DNA of 64,000 nt from a virus: the IMG/VR virus record IMGVR_UViG_3300045988_107471. The stretch is one strand, 5' to 3'. Positions 38,446 to 49,700 of the stretch are shown here, in pieces; within the stretch, counting starts at the first letter, position 1; the number at the start of each line of letters is the position of its first letter. Made by a program: the position numbers and the translations under genes. The notes below the pieces were generated by a model that made no database searches, was not told where the DNA came from, and was given only the letters and a program-made list of their open reading frames with translations.

Positions 38446-38750
38446 CAACAGAACAACTAAATTATTTATTAAGAAAAGAGCTTTATGCTATAAAAAACCA
38501 TAAAGACAATATTGATAGAATCAAAAAAGAATATTTTGATTCCAATTATGGGTTAAAAGAAGGAGATAAGATCCGTATTTTACACGAAGCAGGAGATGAA
38601 ATGATAGGCTTCTTGAAAAAAGTTGAAGTATGTGAAGACGGAGATCTGTACTTGACAATCCAAAAACAAAACGAAAAAGGTGACAGAGGCAGAAGAACAT
38701 GGAATATGTATCTATCATCAAAATCAATTAAAATTGAAAAATGTGTATAA
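38442..38750 (+). CDS. hypothetical protein (102 aa)
   Basis: ATG with SD TAAGGAGGAAAAG. Confidence 0.55.
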   Translation: MTTEQLNYLLRKELYAIKNHKDNIDRIKKEYFDSNYGLKEGDKIRILHEAGDEMIGFLKKVEVCEDGDLYLTIQKQNEKGDRGRRTWNMYLSSKSIKIEKCV

Positions 38751-38754
38751 TGCC

Positions 38755-39918
38755 ATGAGAGTGTTAAGTTTATTTGACGGAATGTCATGTGGTCAAATAG
38801 CGTTAAAAGAAATAGGGATCACACCTGAAGTATATTATGCATCAGAAATAGATAAGTTTGCTATTAAACAAACGCAATTAAATTTCCCTAATACGATACA
38901 AGTAGGAGATGTAAGGGATTTGAATGTAGAAGATCTTGGACACATAGATCTTATTTTAGCCGGCAGCCCATGTACGGATATGTCTTTTTCTGGAAAAAGA
39001 AAAGGGTTGTCTACCGTAGAAGGAATAGAAGTCAAATCACTTAATGAGTATCTTGAATTAAAAAAACAAGGATTTGAGTTTGCCGGTCAGTCTTACTTGT
39101 TCTGGGAGTTTATTCGTATTTTGAATGATGTAAGAAAAACTAATCCTGATGTGTTGTTTCTTCTTGAGAACGTTAAGATGGGAAAGAAATGGGAGCCGGT
39201 ATTCGATGATGCTATAGGGTGTAAGGGCAATCATATTAATTCAGCACTTGTTTCAGCTCAAGTCAGGAAACGTATTTATTGGACTAATATTCAAGACGGC
39301 ATTATTCCTCAACCTGAAGACGAAGGTTTGACCATAAGTGATATAGCTGAATATGAAGTAGATGAAAAATATTACTTATCTGAAAAAGTTTTAAACAATT
39401 TAGCTTTTCACTTGAAAAGAAATCACGACAAGGGAAATTGTTATGGAGCTAATATTAAAACAAAAGATGAGAAATCCAATAATGTTACTGTAAAGGGTAA
39501 ATACACGTACGATCTTATCTGTGTAGCAATGAGAGGCAGGAATCCAGAAAAACCTACATGTAGAGAATCTGGTCTTAAAACAGTTCAGATGATTGAATTT
39601 AAAAACGATGGAAAATCCAATTGTCTCACAACAGTTCAAAAAGATAATCTTATTTTCCAAATACCAAGAGTATTTCATGGAGATAAGGATCCAATATTAT
39701 CTTGTAATTCATATGATAGAAACAGTTTTATCATACAGAGAGCATTACAGGGCGATTTCAGAATAAGAAGATTAACCCCTACAGAGTGCTCCAGGTTACA
39801 GACTGTACCAGATTGGTATAAATGGGAATGCAGCGAAACCCAACAGTACAAGATGTTGGGAAACGGGTGGACTATTAAAGTGATTGAACATATACTTAAA
39901 AGAATAAAAGAATCATGA
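38755..39918 (+). CDS. DNA (cytosine-5)-methyltransferase (387 aa)
   Basis: Motif I LSLFDGMSCG, motif IV GSPCTDMSFSGK (PC catalytic Cys), motif VI LLENV, motif VIII SAQVRKRIYW, motif IX RRLTPTECSRLQTVPDWY, motif X LGNGW. Confidence 0.85.
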   Translation: MRVLSLFDGMSCGQIALKEIGITPEVYYASEIDKFAIKQTQLNFPNTIQVGDVRDLNVEDLGHIDLILAGSPCTDMSFSGKRKGLSTVEGIEVKSLNEYLELKKQGFEFAGQSYLFWEFIRILNDVRKTNPDVLFLLENVKMGKKWEPVFDDAIGCKGNHINSALVSAQVRKRIYWTNIQDGIIPQPEDEGLTISDIAEYEVDEKYYLSEKVLNNLAFHLKRNHDKGNCYGANIKTKDEKSNNVTVKGKYTYDLICVAMRGRNPEKPTCRESGLKTVQMIEFKNDGKSNCLTTVQKDNLIFQIPRVFHGDKDPILSCNSYDRNSFIIQRALQGDFRIRRLTPTECSRLQTVPDWYKWECSETQQYKMLGNGWTIKVIEHILKRIKES

Positions 39919-40445
39919 TTAGAGCAAGATTTTATATTAAAAAATCCGACTGCGGTAACGACTACCGTCCAGTCAAATGGCCTATAAAATATCCATATTG
40001 GTGTAGTGGTGAATCCGATGATTCATTCATACTTGTAGCGTATGCCGAAGACGAAGACAACATAAAAGAGCTGTGGCCGGAAGCATACGATATTAATGTC
40101 TTAGAAAAAGATACTGAGGTTAAATTCACATCAAGATTTCCTAAGCCGGGATGGTATGAATTGTACGAAAAGGAATTAGAAGAATGTGATAGGTTTATAT
40201 GGATTACAGATGCGTGCATGAGAGACGGTGTAATAAGAAAAGTAAAAGCTAAAATAGAAGAGTATGGTGGTCTTTTGTTAGCCGACATTCCTGATAGGAT
40301 CACTCCTTATGAAATAGGAAGGGATGCTTTTGAGAGCAAAGAAGAAGCTTTAAAACATGCAGAGAAACGGAGAACGTACCTGATCGAGTCTACTAAGAAA
40401 CAATTGAATGAACTTGAAAATCTAAAATTTAAATGCGATGATTAA
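39915..40445 (+). CDS. hypothetical protein (176 aa)
   Basis: ATGA overlap. Confidence 0.6.
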   Translation: MIRARFYIKKSDCGNDYRPVKWPIKYPYWCSGESDDSFILVAYAEDEDNIKELWPEAYDINVLEKDTEVKFTSRFPKPGWYELYEKELEECDRFIWITDACMRDGVIRKVKAKIEEYGGLLLADIPDRITPYEIGRDAFESKEEALKHAEKRRTYLIESTKKQLNELENLKFKCDD

Positions 40446-41151
40446 CTACGCGGCAAAAGCCAGAAAAGCTTATTTGATAAACAATTTCGATAAGATTCTT
40501 AACAGTCTTAACACGCTTCATTCAACGGTTGAGACCATGACATTATTTGTAAACGACCAGGCTTATAATTACATTCTTAAGCTAAAGGAAGTAATTAAAA
40601 CCAGTCCTATGTATAAGCACAATATCAAGCGTCTTTTAAATGACATGGACAAAGAGATAAAGAGATACAATGCTTCTATCTACTACATAAATAAAGAACG
40701 TAGTGAGGTTATAGCTGATATAACACAAGTTATGGAAGACTGTCTCATGCCATACATAGACAACCTGGCCGGCGCTATAAAGGCAGCCGTGTGGTCGAGG
40801 GGTGTGTCCGAGGAGCGGACGGAAGCGGCGGTACTGTCCCTAATCGTATCCTCCTTGGCCACGACATCAGGCAGACTTATCTCAGGTGGATATCAGATCA
40901 TGAAAGAAATGGGTGGTGGTCAAGGTGGTAATCCATTTACGTTTATGAGCATTGATAAAATAAGGCACTTGTCTACATCATTGTCTGATGCTATTACCGG
41001 TGGAGAAATAGCTCTTGAAGAAAAAGAAGCCAATGACATAACTAAGGCAATGGATGTTTTTATTGAGAAAATGTCTGATTCGGATATTGTTGATAAGGTA
41101 ATCAGCATAATCGAAGAGGCAGAACCTAAAAATAAGGAGGAACGATCGTGA
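40438..41151 (+). CDS. hypothetical protein (237 aa)
   Basis: ATG ORF. Confidence 0.6.
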   Translation: MINYAAKARKAYLINNFDKILNSLNTLHSTVETMTLFVNDQAYNYILKLKEVIKTSPMYKHNIKRLLNDMDKEIKRYNASIYYINKERSEVIADITQVMEDCLMPYIDNLAGAIKAAVWSRGVSEERTEAAVLSLIVSSLATTSGRLISGGYQIMKEMGGGQGGNPFTFMSIDKIRHLSTSLSDAITGGEIALEEKEANDITKAMDVFIEKMSDSDIVDKVISIIEEAEPKNKEERS

Positions 41152-41339
41152 ATTATTTGGATGGGTACGTGAAAGAAGTTCTTTCTGAGCCGTACTATGA
41201 TGATTACGGCTCTGGGATTTTTAGGTGGTGGGTGGAAGTGTCTTACGTTTGTGAAGGAATAGGAGCTGTCACTACCTTAATGTTTGATACGAGAGAAGAA
41301 GCGGAAGCTGTAAAACCAGGTTACAAATTTTTATGCTGA
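41148..41339 (+). CDS. hypothetical protein (63 aa)
   Basis: GTG/ATGA-overlapped ORF. Confidence 0.4.
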   Translation: MNYLDGYVKEVLSEPYYDDYGSGIFRWWVEVSYVCEGIGAVTTLMFDTREEAEAVKPGYKFLC

Positions 41340-41346
41340 AAATAAT

Positions 41347-41583
41347 ATGAGGTATTTTGTTTTATTGATGGCACTTGTGTTATCATCATGTTCGCATGAT
41401 GATAATCAGGTTAATGACGGATGGGTTATATATGATCTACGTCCTTTAGATGGTGGATGTATAATGTATTATGGTGAAGACGGAAGATTTTCAATGTTTA
41501 ACAGTAATAGATTTATAAAATTCGTTGGATACCAAGGGGAATATAATATCGGAGATTCTATTAAGATCGTAAAAGTTAAATAA
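41347..41583 (+). CDS. putative lipoprotein (78 aa)
   Basis: Signal peptide plus lipobox-like LVLSSC. Confidence 0.55.
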   Translation: MRYFVLLMALVLSSCSHDDNQVNDGWVIYDLRPLDGGCIMYYGEDGRFSMFNSNRFIKFVGYQGEYNIGDSIKIVKVK

Positions 41584-41584
41584 T

Positions 41585-42073
41585 ATGGAAAAGAATTTAA
41601 AACTCGTATGTCCAAAATGTGGCACCCCTCACCAGCCTCATTCTCCGCACACGATGGATGCAGATGGATTTGAAAGGTGTGAGATAAGAACTATCATGGA
41701 AGACAAGGGATGGTGCTACGAATGCTCTTTTTGGCAAAATATGTACGACAAGCACAAAGACGATCCTGGATGGATTAGGATAGACGGTGAAAGCTGGGTG
41801 CTTAAGCCTATGGTAGAAAACGTACCAAGAGGATGGAATAGCCTTGGATGCGGTGGAAGAAAAATGTATGTCAATATCGAAGGGAAGGGTATTGTTGCAT
41901 CAAACAATTGCTGGTGTCAGGGTGATGTTTCGGATGCATTTAAGGATCTGATGCCTGATAATGCTACTTGGGCTACGAAGGAGGAATTTGACAAAGCCCC
42001 TGTAGTAGGATATATTATAGAAGGTATTGGTTTAGTTTTCACAGATAGGGAAGGTCATGAAGTTGATGCTTAG
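41585..42073 (+). CDS. zinc-ribbon 'DGESW' family protein, dispersed paralog 2 (162 aa)
   Basis: Paralogous to 20603..21013 (see that entry). Confidence 0.65.
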   Translation: MEKNLKLVCPKCGTPHQPHSPHTMDADGFERCEIRTIMEDKGWCYECSFWQNMYDKHKDDPGWIRIDGESWVLKPMVENVPRGWNSLGCGGRKMYVNIEGKGIVASNNCWCQGDVSDAFKDLMPDNATWATKEEFDKAPVVGYIIEGIGLVFTDREGHEVDA

Positions 42074-42314
42074 GGACTTATTTCATATTCTTCTTAGAAT
42101 AGTTGAAAGGAAATCAACTAATGGGGAGGTAGAATATTGGTGCCAATATCAAAACATTTTTGGGAAATGGAAAAACGGAATAAAATACGATATGTTTGGC
42201 ATGGCGCGTTATGCTGTTTTTTATTCATTCGAAGATGCGTATGAATTTAATTATGGTAAGAACAAAGAAGAAAAGGTAAAGGTAGTGGACTCTTGTTACA
42301 AGAGAAGATGGTAA
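42057..42314 (+). CDS. hypothetical protein (85 aa)
   Basis: ATG ORF, last + strand gene. Confidence 0.5.
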   Translation: MKLMLRDLFHILLRIVERKSTNGEVEYWCQYQNIFGKWKNGIKYDMFGMARYAVFYSFEDAYEFNYGKNKEEKVKVVDSCYKRRW

Positions 42315-42321
42315 CTACAAT

Positions 42322-42358
42322 AATCCCCGGCCATACAATAGGTGTACGGTTGGGGATT
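42322..42358. terminator. bidirectional hairpin terminator at the convergent strand switch
   Basis: AATCCCCGGCC...GGTTGGGGATT (11-bp stem incl. G-U) followed by ATTATTG. Confidence 0.55.
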
Positions 42359-42428
42359 ATTGTAATATATGATTAATAACCGTCTTATCTTATACTAATA
42401 CATTTTATTACTATTTTTATATCTTTTA

Positions 42429-42878
42429 TTATAATTCCACATAGGTGTCAATAGGAACAAAGCTGCCAATTGTACTTATCTTATATATTGAATGAATAAG
42501 GTGAGTACTTGGGCTTAATTTCAGTTGAGGTACTTGATTGGACCCTTCTGTAATAAAGAAATAATAAAAAACGTCTCCAATCGTAAACTGTAATATAATA
42601 TCACCTGTTACCTGTCCTTCATTAAAGTAAGCCTGGATATATTGTTCAGAATTTGATATCGTACAACTTATAGGATTACCGCCCATCGTACATACCTTGC
42701 TATTATTAATTTCATCTAAAACATAGGAAGCCGCCATAGTTGCTCCATTAGATCGGTATCTACAACCAAGAATAGGTACAGGTTTTCGCCATGTGGTTGT
42801 AGGGGCCGAAATCGAACAAGCAAAAACAGGGATCTTGCCGCCGACAACTGTCTTAATATTTTCAAATCTTCTTCTCAT
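42429..42878 (-). CDS. 'MRRRF' family protein (149 aa)
   Basis: N-terminus MRRRFENIKTVVGG shared with 42883..43500 and 62793..63323. Confidence 0.6.
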   Translation of the reverse strand: MRRRFENIKTVVGGKIPVFACSISAPTTTWRKPVPILGCRYRSNGATMAASYVLDEINNSKVCTMGGNPISCTISNSEQYIQAYFNEGQVTGDIILQFTIGDVFYYFFITEGSNQVPQLKLSPSTHLIHSIYKISTIGSFVPIDTYVEL

Positions 42879-42882
42879 AATT

Positions 42883-43500
42883 TCATAAAATTAATTCAGT
42901 AAAAGGACGGACATAATGTGAACTATCCCTTGAACCTGTACTCAAATGATCTCCTTGGATGTTTATATCATAATACCACGAATAGGAAAATTTTGTATTT
43001 CGAGTGGATGTCCACATTCTATTACTCATTATCGTACCTCCTACCATTAAAAGGCATTCGTTTATTTCATTCGCATACAATGATATCAAAAAAAACTCTC
43101 CGGCGCCACCTACATATCCATTTTGACCATTTTTAAATAAATAGCTATTAGCTTTATTAAAAGCGTAATCTGTATTACTGGTATCATATTCAAGATACGC
43201 ATTCTGATTTTCACGCCCCCAATAATCCTTTTTAATAGTTCCCATATGAGAACTATCTTGTGCAAATATATTGTCTATTTCTCCATCCTTACCCCAACGA
43301 AATGTGCCAATATATTCGGTGGCTATAACAAAACACACTTTATCTACAAGAGCTATTCCATTGCATAGATCATTGGAATATCCTTTATTAGACCAATTTT
43401 CTTTTGTATATAATCCTCCATCTACATGTTGGATGTATATGCCTTTATTGATTATAAGCGAGGGATTTACCCCCATCCCTATTTGAAATCTTCGTCTCAT
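42883..43500 (-). CDS. 'MRRRF' family protein (about 205 aa)
   Basis: Start reassigned to the internal MRRRFQIGMGVN; Trp/Tyr/Gly/Asn-rich (lectin or fibre-like composition). Confidence 0.55.
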   Translation of the reverse strand: MRRRFQIGMGVNPSLIINKGIYIQHVDGGLYTKENWSNKGYSNDLCNGIALVDKVCFVIATEYIGTFRWGKDGEIDNIFAQDSSHMGTIKKDYWGRENQNAYLEYDTSNTDYAFNKANSYLFKNGQNGYVGGAGEFFLISLYANEINECLLMVGGTIMSNRMWTSTRNTKFSYSWYYDINIQGDHLSTGSRDSSHYVRPFTELIL

Positions 43501-43532
43501 GATTTTTGTTTGCAAGATAGCAATAATTGACA

Positions 43533-43577
43533 ACATAAAAGAAACCGGTTCTCTATCATCTCTGACTGAGAACCGGT
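43533..43577 (-). terminator. rho-independent terminator (10-bp stem ACCGGTTCTC/GAGAACCGGT + T-tract on - strand)
   Basis: Perfect 10-bp inverted repeat 140 nt downstream of the giant ORF stop, followed on the - strand by TTCTTTTATGTTG. Confidence 0.65.
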
Positions 43578-43714
43578 AAGAAAACAATTTCAGAAAAAAT
43601 TAAACCTACATAATCTTTCAAGTAAGAACAAAAAAACGTACAATCTACTCTTTGACGATGCTAATATAACATATTGGAATCATACAAAAACAATGCAAGT
43701 CCGATATTCTTCGT

Positions 43715-46700
43715 CTATTTGTAACTAACGTCATCGTCCCCTTCCGAATCAGGGGTAGCGCCGATGAAGAACATCATTGACTTGTTGTTTGTCTGCTGCC
43801 ACCAATTATAGGCGCGCGCTATGTCTTCCGGCGTCTTGATATTATACCATTGTTTGATAAACGTCTGTTTGGCGAGTTGCCTAAATAACTTAGACTCTCC
43901 TTTGTATGTGCCGGATGTTACTTTATCAAGTGAGTAATTCCTAAGATCGGTAAGATCCTTCAGCTTCCGTCCCATGACGAACGGATCGTTAATGATATCT
44001 ACCACGTTAAGCTCCATAATAAACGGCATCTGTGAAGCTATTTCATTTATGGTTCTAAATCCTACATAAGATCCGAATTGAGTAAGCCAGCTTTCCTCGT
44101 TTTCATCATCATCACGCCATCCGGCAAGAAGCATAGACACGGCCTGCATGATGAGGAACGTGCCGGCATAAACACTGAGGCGTTTAAGATTAGTCTTTTC
44201 CACCTCACCCATCTTATCTTTATTTTCGTTCCAGGCATCTATGATATTTTTCATACCAGGCTCGGAAGCTAAGCTAAATGTTTTAGCTATCATATTCTTT
44301 AACGTAATTGACAGCCCTTCCTCTTCTTGCATTGTCTGGAAATTGAATCCCCTTCTTTTCCACAGACGTTGAGCCGCCAGCACCAACCATCCTCGGTGGG
44401 CGGTCATGAACCTGGCTATCCAGTTGCGCGATGCGGCAGTTCGGTTTTCTTCATTCAAAGAACCGTTACATATCTGCGACAAGCTACGAACTTGATTTCT
44501 GGTTATAGCCATCTGGGTTTCAACTTCCTCAACAGTAACACCTGATCCGGGCTTTACAACCACCTTCCCATCCACGACATCTACCATACTCCATAAAGTA
44601 CGATCTTTTAATGCATTCCATTCTCTTTTTATGGTACTCTGTTCTTTATTACGTTCTTTTTCCATCTTGAAATCTTGGAACGTGTAGAACCGACCTTTGT
44701 AATAACGAACATTGTCCATAGTAGCAATCATAACCTGCGGATCAAGAGGGTAGTTCAGGATTTCCATAAAAGCATACATAGGCGAACGCATTAAGGTCCT
44801 GGCCACTCTATTGTATCCGGCACCATACATACGATTTCGGATATTGAATATCCCCATTCTCTCACCTATGACATATAATTTGCTTTTCCTATCTATGTCT
44901 CCGGTTTCTGCTATACAAGATGGAGCAAGGCGTGAAAATTCAGCCGATGCGTATTTAAGGGAGTCTTTGCTTATATACTGTCCTACGGCAGATTCCATGA
45001 TGAGGTTGATATGACCTGTTAAGGCGCCGGTAGCTGCCACAAACGGAGACAGTGCCAAGTTCATGACCGACATAAATCTTTCAACAGCCATCATAATTCT
45101 TGTAAGGTCTACCGTATATCCTCCGATGTTCACCGTAAGTTTTTTGGTGTTCATCCTAATGCCATAATAATGATCGTTGAAGAAGTCCCTGAACATCTGA
45201 TATGCTTGGGTTGCTTCAGCCTTTTTACCACCTTCAAATTGTTTATTCAGTAACATCTGCTCCAGTCCTTGAGCGAGCTCTATAGACTTCTGCTTTTCGT
45301 TGTATAACGATGACTGCATCATAAGCATAGAATAAGAGTAGCCAAAATCGTGAGATACATCATCTTGGTTCTCCAATTCATATATGTAGTATTTGGGTAT
45401 AGACCTAAGTCTGTCTTCCGGATCATATACTTCCCCTTGTCTGGTTTTACCGTATAAAGAATCGTCTACTCTGTCCAGGCACAGATCTGATACAAAATTA
45501 CGAACCGTATTTTTGAAGTTAATACCCAATCCTTCTATACGTTCTATATCTTGTTTTGATATCTGTGGAATAGCATACAGGTTCGGGCTCTGCTCTTTGT
45601 ATAGATCAAGTGATTGTCTTTTTATTTCCTTGAGTTTTTGAATCATATTCCACTGATCTACGTTTTTAGTAGCAACTTCATTACCGTCAGCATCATACTT
45701 GATACCAAAGTCATTGAAATACGATTCGTCACGATACAGGCTTTTCTTAGGCATGCGATGACCATACCCATGATCTTTTACATAATCAGGATTACGGCCG
45801 CTATTTTCGGCTTCAGATTCAGCCACCCATGCCCTTGCAGGGTCGAAAGAAAGGTACGATATGTCCATGCCATAATCTTGGGTGGATGTTCCGTTCTGTA
45901 CGTCTTTAACCATCTGCGCCACATCTATCTCACCTCGACCAATTTTGTCGATCATAGCCGCATATCCGGTAGGTGCCATGCGTTTATAGTATGAAAAGAC
46001 CTGGCTCCTGGCAAATTCATTAACAATAGCATTAGCCTCTTCTATACCTGATTCTCTTGTGTTATTTAAAAACAAGCTGGCCATTTTAGCATTGACGGCA
46101 TTCCTAAAATCTCTACCGTCTAATTCTTTGCTTATTCCAAGCTTTTCTGACAAGTAGTTGGTTTCAGATACGGTAAACAGATACCGGTTATCAGCAGCTT
46201 TGAATAACTTATCCCTTAAGGCTTGAATCCTTTTTGCTTTCTTCGCCGTAGTATGACGTTGTACGAACTTCCATTCCACTTCCTTGGAGTCAGCAAGAGC
46301 ATTTAAATAAGACTGATTTACTTCGTTTTCAGCCTTACTGCTTTTAGTAAGGTACTTATCAATATCTTCAAGACCCACCATCTTAGCATAATCTATTAAG
46401 ATAGCGTAATCGGCTTCAATAGCTTCAGATGCGGCCCTAAAAGCATCTCTTTCAGATGAGGTAAATGTCGCTTCATTAATTTCTCCGATATCAGCCACAT
46501 CGCGATTGTTTCCGATTATTTCCTTTATAATAGCCTTATTTTTTTCTATATCTTTTACAATCGAATCCACGTCAGTTGCATCTCTATCACTTGTCGTAGA
46601 ACTAATGATGTCTTGTGCCATTTTAAGATACGAAGCCTTGTTATTTGATTCGGTACGCGCCGATTGTTCTGATTCTACGTCATTCCAAAACCGATCGTTG

Positions 46701-49700
46701 AATGACAGGTGCCCCCCCAACATAAGTGTCTTCAGCGCAGCTTCTCCTCCTGACTCGTTCTGAATCGTTCTCAATTTTTGCAAAAACGATTCTGATATGA
46801 CATTAGTGACATTATTTGATTCCTTTCTCCAAACTTCATTTATAGCTTGTATTTCTTTGGCCATCTTAAGTTGGTCGCCGGTTTTTTCCACTCTCCTGGT
46901 TCCTACATATATGTATTCTGAAGCTGCTTCCTTACGTTGTTTACGAAGCAGTCCTTCTTCTTCGTAGTTACTACTCTTATAGTAAGCAACCTCATCAAAA
47001 TTACCATTGCTATCAATAAAAGGCTGCCTCAATATCCGCTTCTGCCGAGAAAGAGCATTAAGGTATTCTTTGGTTGTTTGAGAAACCGGATGCCCTAATT
47101 CTTCTTCGGCCTTTTTGTATATGGATTCCATTCTTGTGGCATAACTTTCACTAAATTCCAGTTCTGAATTTTCAGCATCCCACTTCTCCATCTGTTCTGT
47201 ATAAATCTTTTCCTGCTCGATGGTAAAAATATCGGTATTAACCCTATCGGACGACGGTTTAAATTTAGCGTTCTCGGTAACCGTATTTCCGTCCTTGTCA
47301 ACTACTTCTCTTTTAAATACGTAATTACGGTTATTGTCAACCACATCATTGATTTCTTCTTCTGATATCTCTATGTTCATGGCGGTCGCAAACGCTCGCA
47401 TCTGCGCCAGCTTCTTATTACGATCGTATTTAGCCATATCAAGGGCACTACGAAGGTAATTAGAAGTTTTGCCGTCTACTTTCTGAAGCAGTTTTTCAAA
47501 TTCAGATTTGTTAAAACCATGCTTTTTCGCATATGCCAGAAAATCGGATATAGCGGGCTGGGCATTCACCATCGCATTGTAATTGTCTTTGGCAATCATA
47601 GCTCCAAGAGCGTTGTTGAACGGGCTGGAAGAATGCTCTAATATACCGAACCACCTACTTATCCAAGAAACATCGTGTTGAACCTTATCAAAGAACTCTT
47701 TTACTCTCTTTACCTTATCTGCCGGCACATGAAGTTCGTTCATTAACTTGTCAAGCAACGTACTTTCATCAAGATCTTGTACTGATTTAATATCAGACTG
47801 AATACCGTTGATGTCGGCAATGACGGTATTGATCCTATTTGTATAATCCTGCTTTTCACGCTCATCAAATTCGGTACTTCTGTTACGGATATATCCTCGA
47901 AGATCGTTCATGATCGGAAGAACCTGATTGTTGATAATATCTACGTTCTTTCGATCATTGGTATTGAAATGAAGCTTACCGTCTTTGGTATCACCATGAA
48001 GGATAGTATTTACTACGTTGCTTAAGTATCTAACCTGAGCTTCGGCTGTGGAGATCATGCTGTTCATGGCGGCCGCCATCTCATTCTTGTCTATTTCGGT
48101 CTCTACCTTATTTATCTTATCTTCTATGGTCTTAAGCTGGGCAAGGGTCATAGACGTAGTTACAGCCCTATCAGAGCTTATCTGACGTAAGTCTCTTAAC
48201 GTTTTTCTCAATGCCCGGATCTTAGACTCAAGAAACTTGTTCTTGTTCATAGAAGAAAGGGAGTATAATGTAAAGTCATTATCCTTCAAAAGAGAAGTAT
48301 CAAATCCTTTATCTATGTCGGTAATAGCAAGATCACGAATATTTTTAATAACGTTATTCAAATCCTGTCTTTGGGTTGATAAAGCTGATTTAAGCCAGTT
48401 TACAATTCCAGAGAGAAGCTGCCGGACGCGCCCCAGGAAGGAGGTAGGCTCTACCGGCGCCTGTGCTGTTCCGGTCTGCATCTCCCTGGCGAGGATCTTT
48501 CCAAGAATTTCTCTCCTAACAGCATTATCAAGTTCAGAGCCTTCATATACCTTACCGTATGTATTATAATACTGACCTGCATACTGATTCCATTCTTCAG
48601 TGCCTTCTACATCTTGCAAAACAGATTCAACAGCATTCTGATCTCTGTACGCCTCTACGAGAAAGTGTGCTGTTTCTTCTACTAAGTCAGACAAAGTAGC
48701 ATCTTCACCGACTGCTATTACGTTATTGGCAATATCTGCCAATGCCTTAGCAGAAGGTTCGTGTCCGTATTTAGTTTGGTACTTCTCTATATAATCGGTC
48801 ATGCCAACGACACTAACGCCCAGCGTTTTCAGTATCTCAACAATAGAATTTCGTTGATTACGTTCCTCTTGGCTATAATCCGATACTATCTTAGCTTTAG
48901 TATCAGCATAAAGATCATTGTCTTCTAATATAAATGAAACTACAAGCGCATCAAAGTGATCGTATTTAGCATCCAATTCATTGTATCTTCCAGACTTAAG
49001 ATCGCTCTTTATCTGCTCCTTGCTAACTCTTTCTGTTCCTCCGGTGGCGAGTCTCATAGTTACCTTACTATTATCCAATGAATTTATGGTTATCATACCC
49101 TGGTCGTTCATGGAAACATCGGAACCAAAATGATTACGGAGCTCAGTGTAGGATAAGGCTGAATTGAAAAGTCTAATTTGTCCTGTATGTCCTTCTCCTG
49201 TAATATAATAGCTTCTTGTTTCCGGATCGAATATCTTGGATCCGGACAAAAGACCTTTCTTTATAAGGTAGTTAATTATACCGCCTTTTGTTGATAAAGA
49301 AGTAGAAGCAGAAGCGGTCATGACCGGTATAAAAGATTTGGGATTATTAAGAACATACCTTCCAGCTTTGTAAGTAATGTCTGCCACGCCATCCCAGGCA
49401 GATTCTTGAACGGTGCCTGATAAGAATCCTATTCTAATATCATTCCCGCCAGAGCGAAGAGCTTCTCCGTAATCTTCAAATAATTGATTACGATCGTTCA
49501 TGAAAAACAAACGAGGCTCTCCGGTCTGATACGTTACACCCACAGGATTAGAATCTGCCTCTGGTAGCTCTTCTGGGCTAAATATCTTAAGACCGTCTTT
49601 TATAACCATATAATTAACACCCTTATCCTGTACCATAGATACGGGAGTGAAGTCCGAAGATATAGCATCTTGTAAATACTGCCCGGCGTCTATTCCAGGT

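Noticed and set aside
4420-40870. About 100-nt GC-rich islands inside AT-rich genes (4420-4500, 9215-9300, 12480-12620, 16430-16560, 25300-25400, 28690-28790, 35690-35760, 40780-40870) as inserted elements or structured RNAs
   Set aside because: They stay in frame with their host ORFs and translate to Gly/Ala/Pro/Arg/Trp-rich conserved-looking segments (for example helicase motif III). No convincing inverted repeats or flanking direct repeats. Most likely amino-acid-driven composition. Only the 14750-14880 case is kept as a finding.
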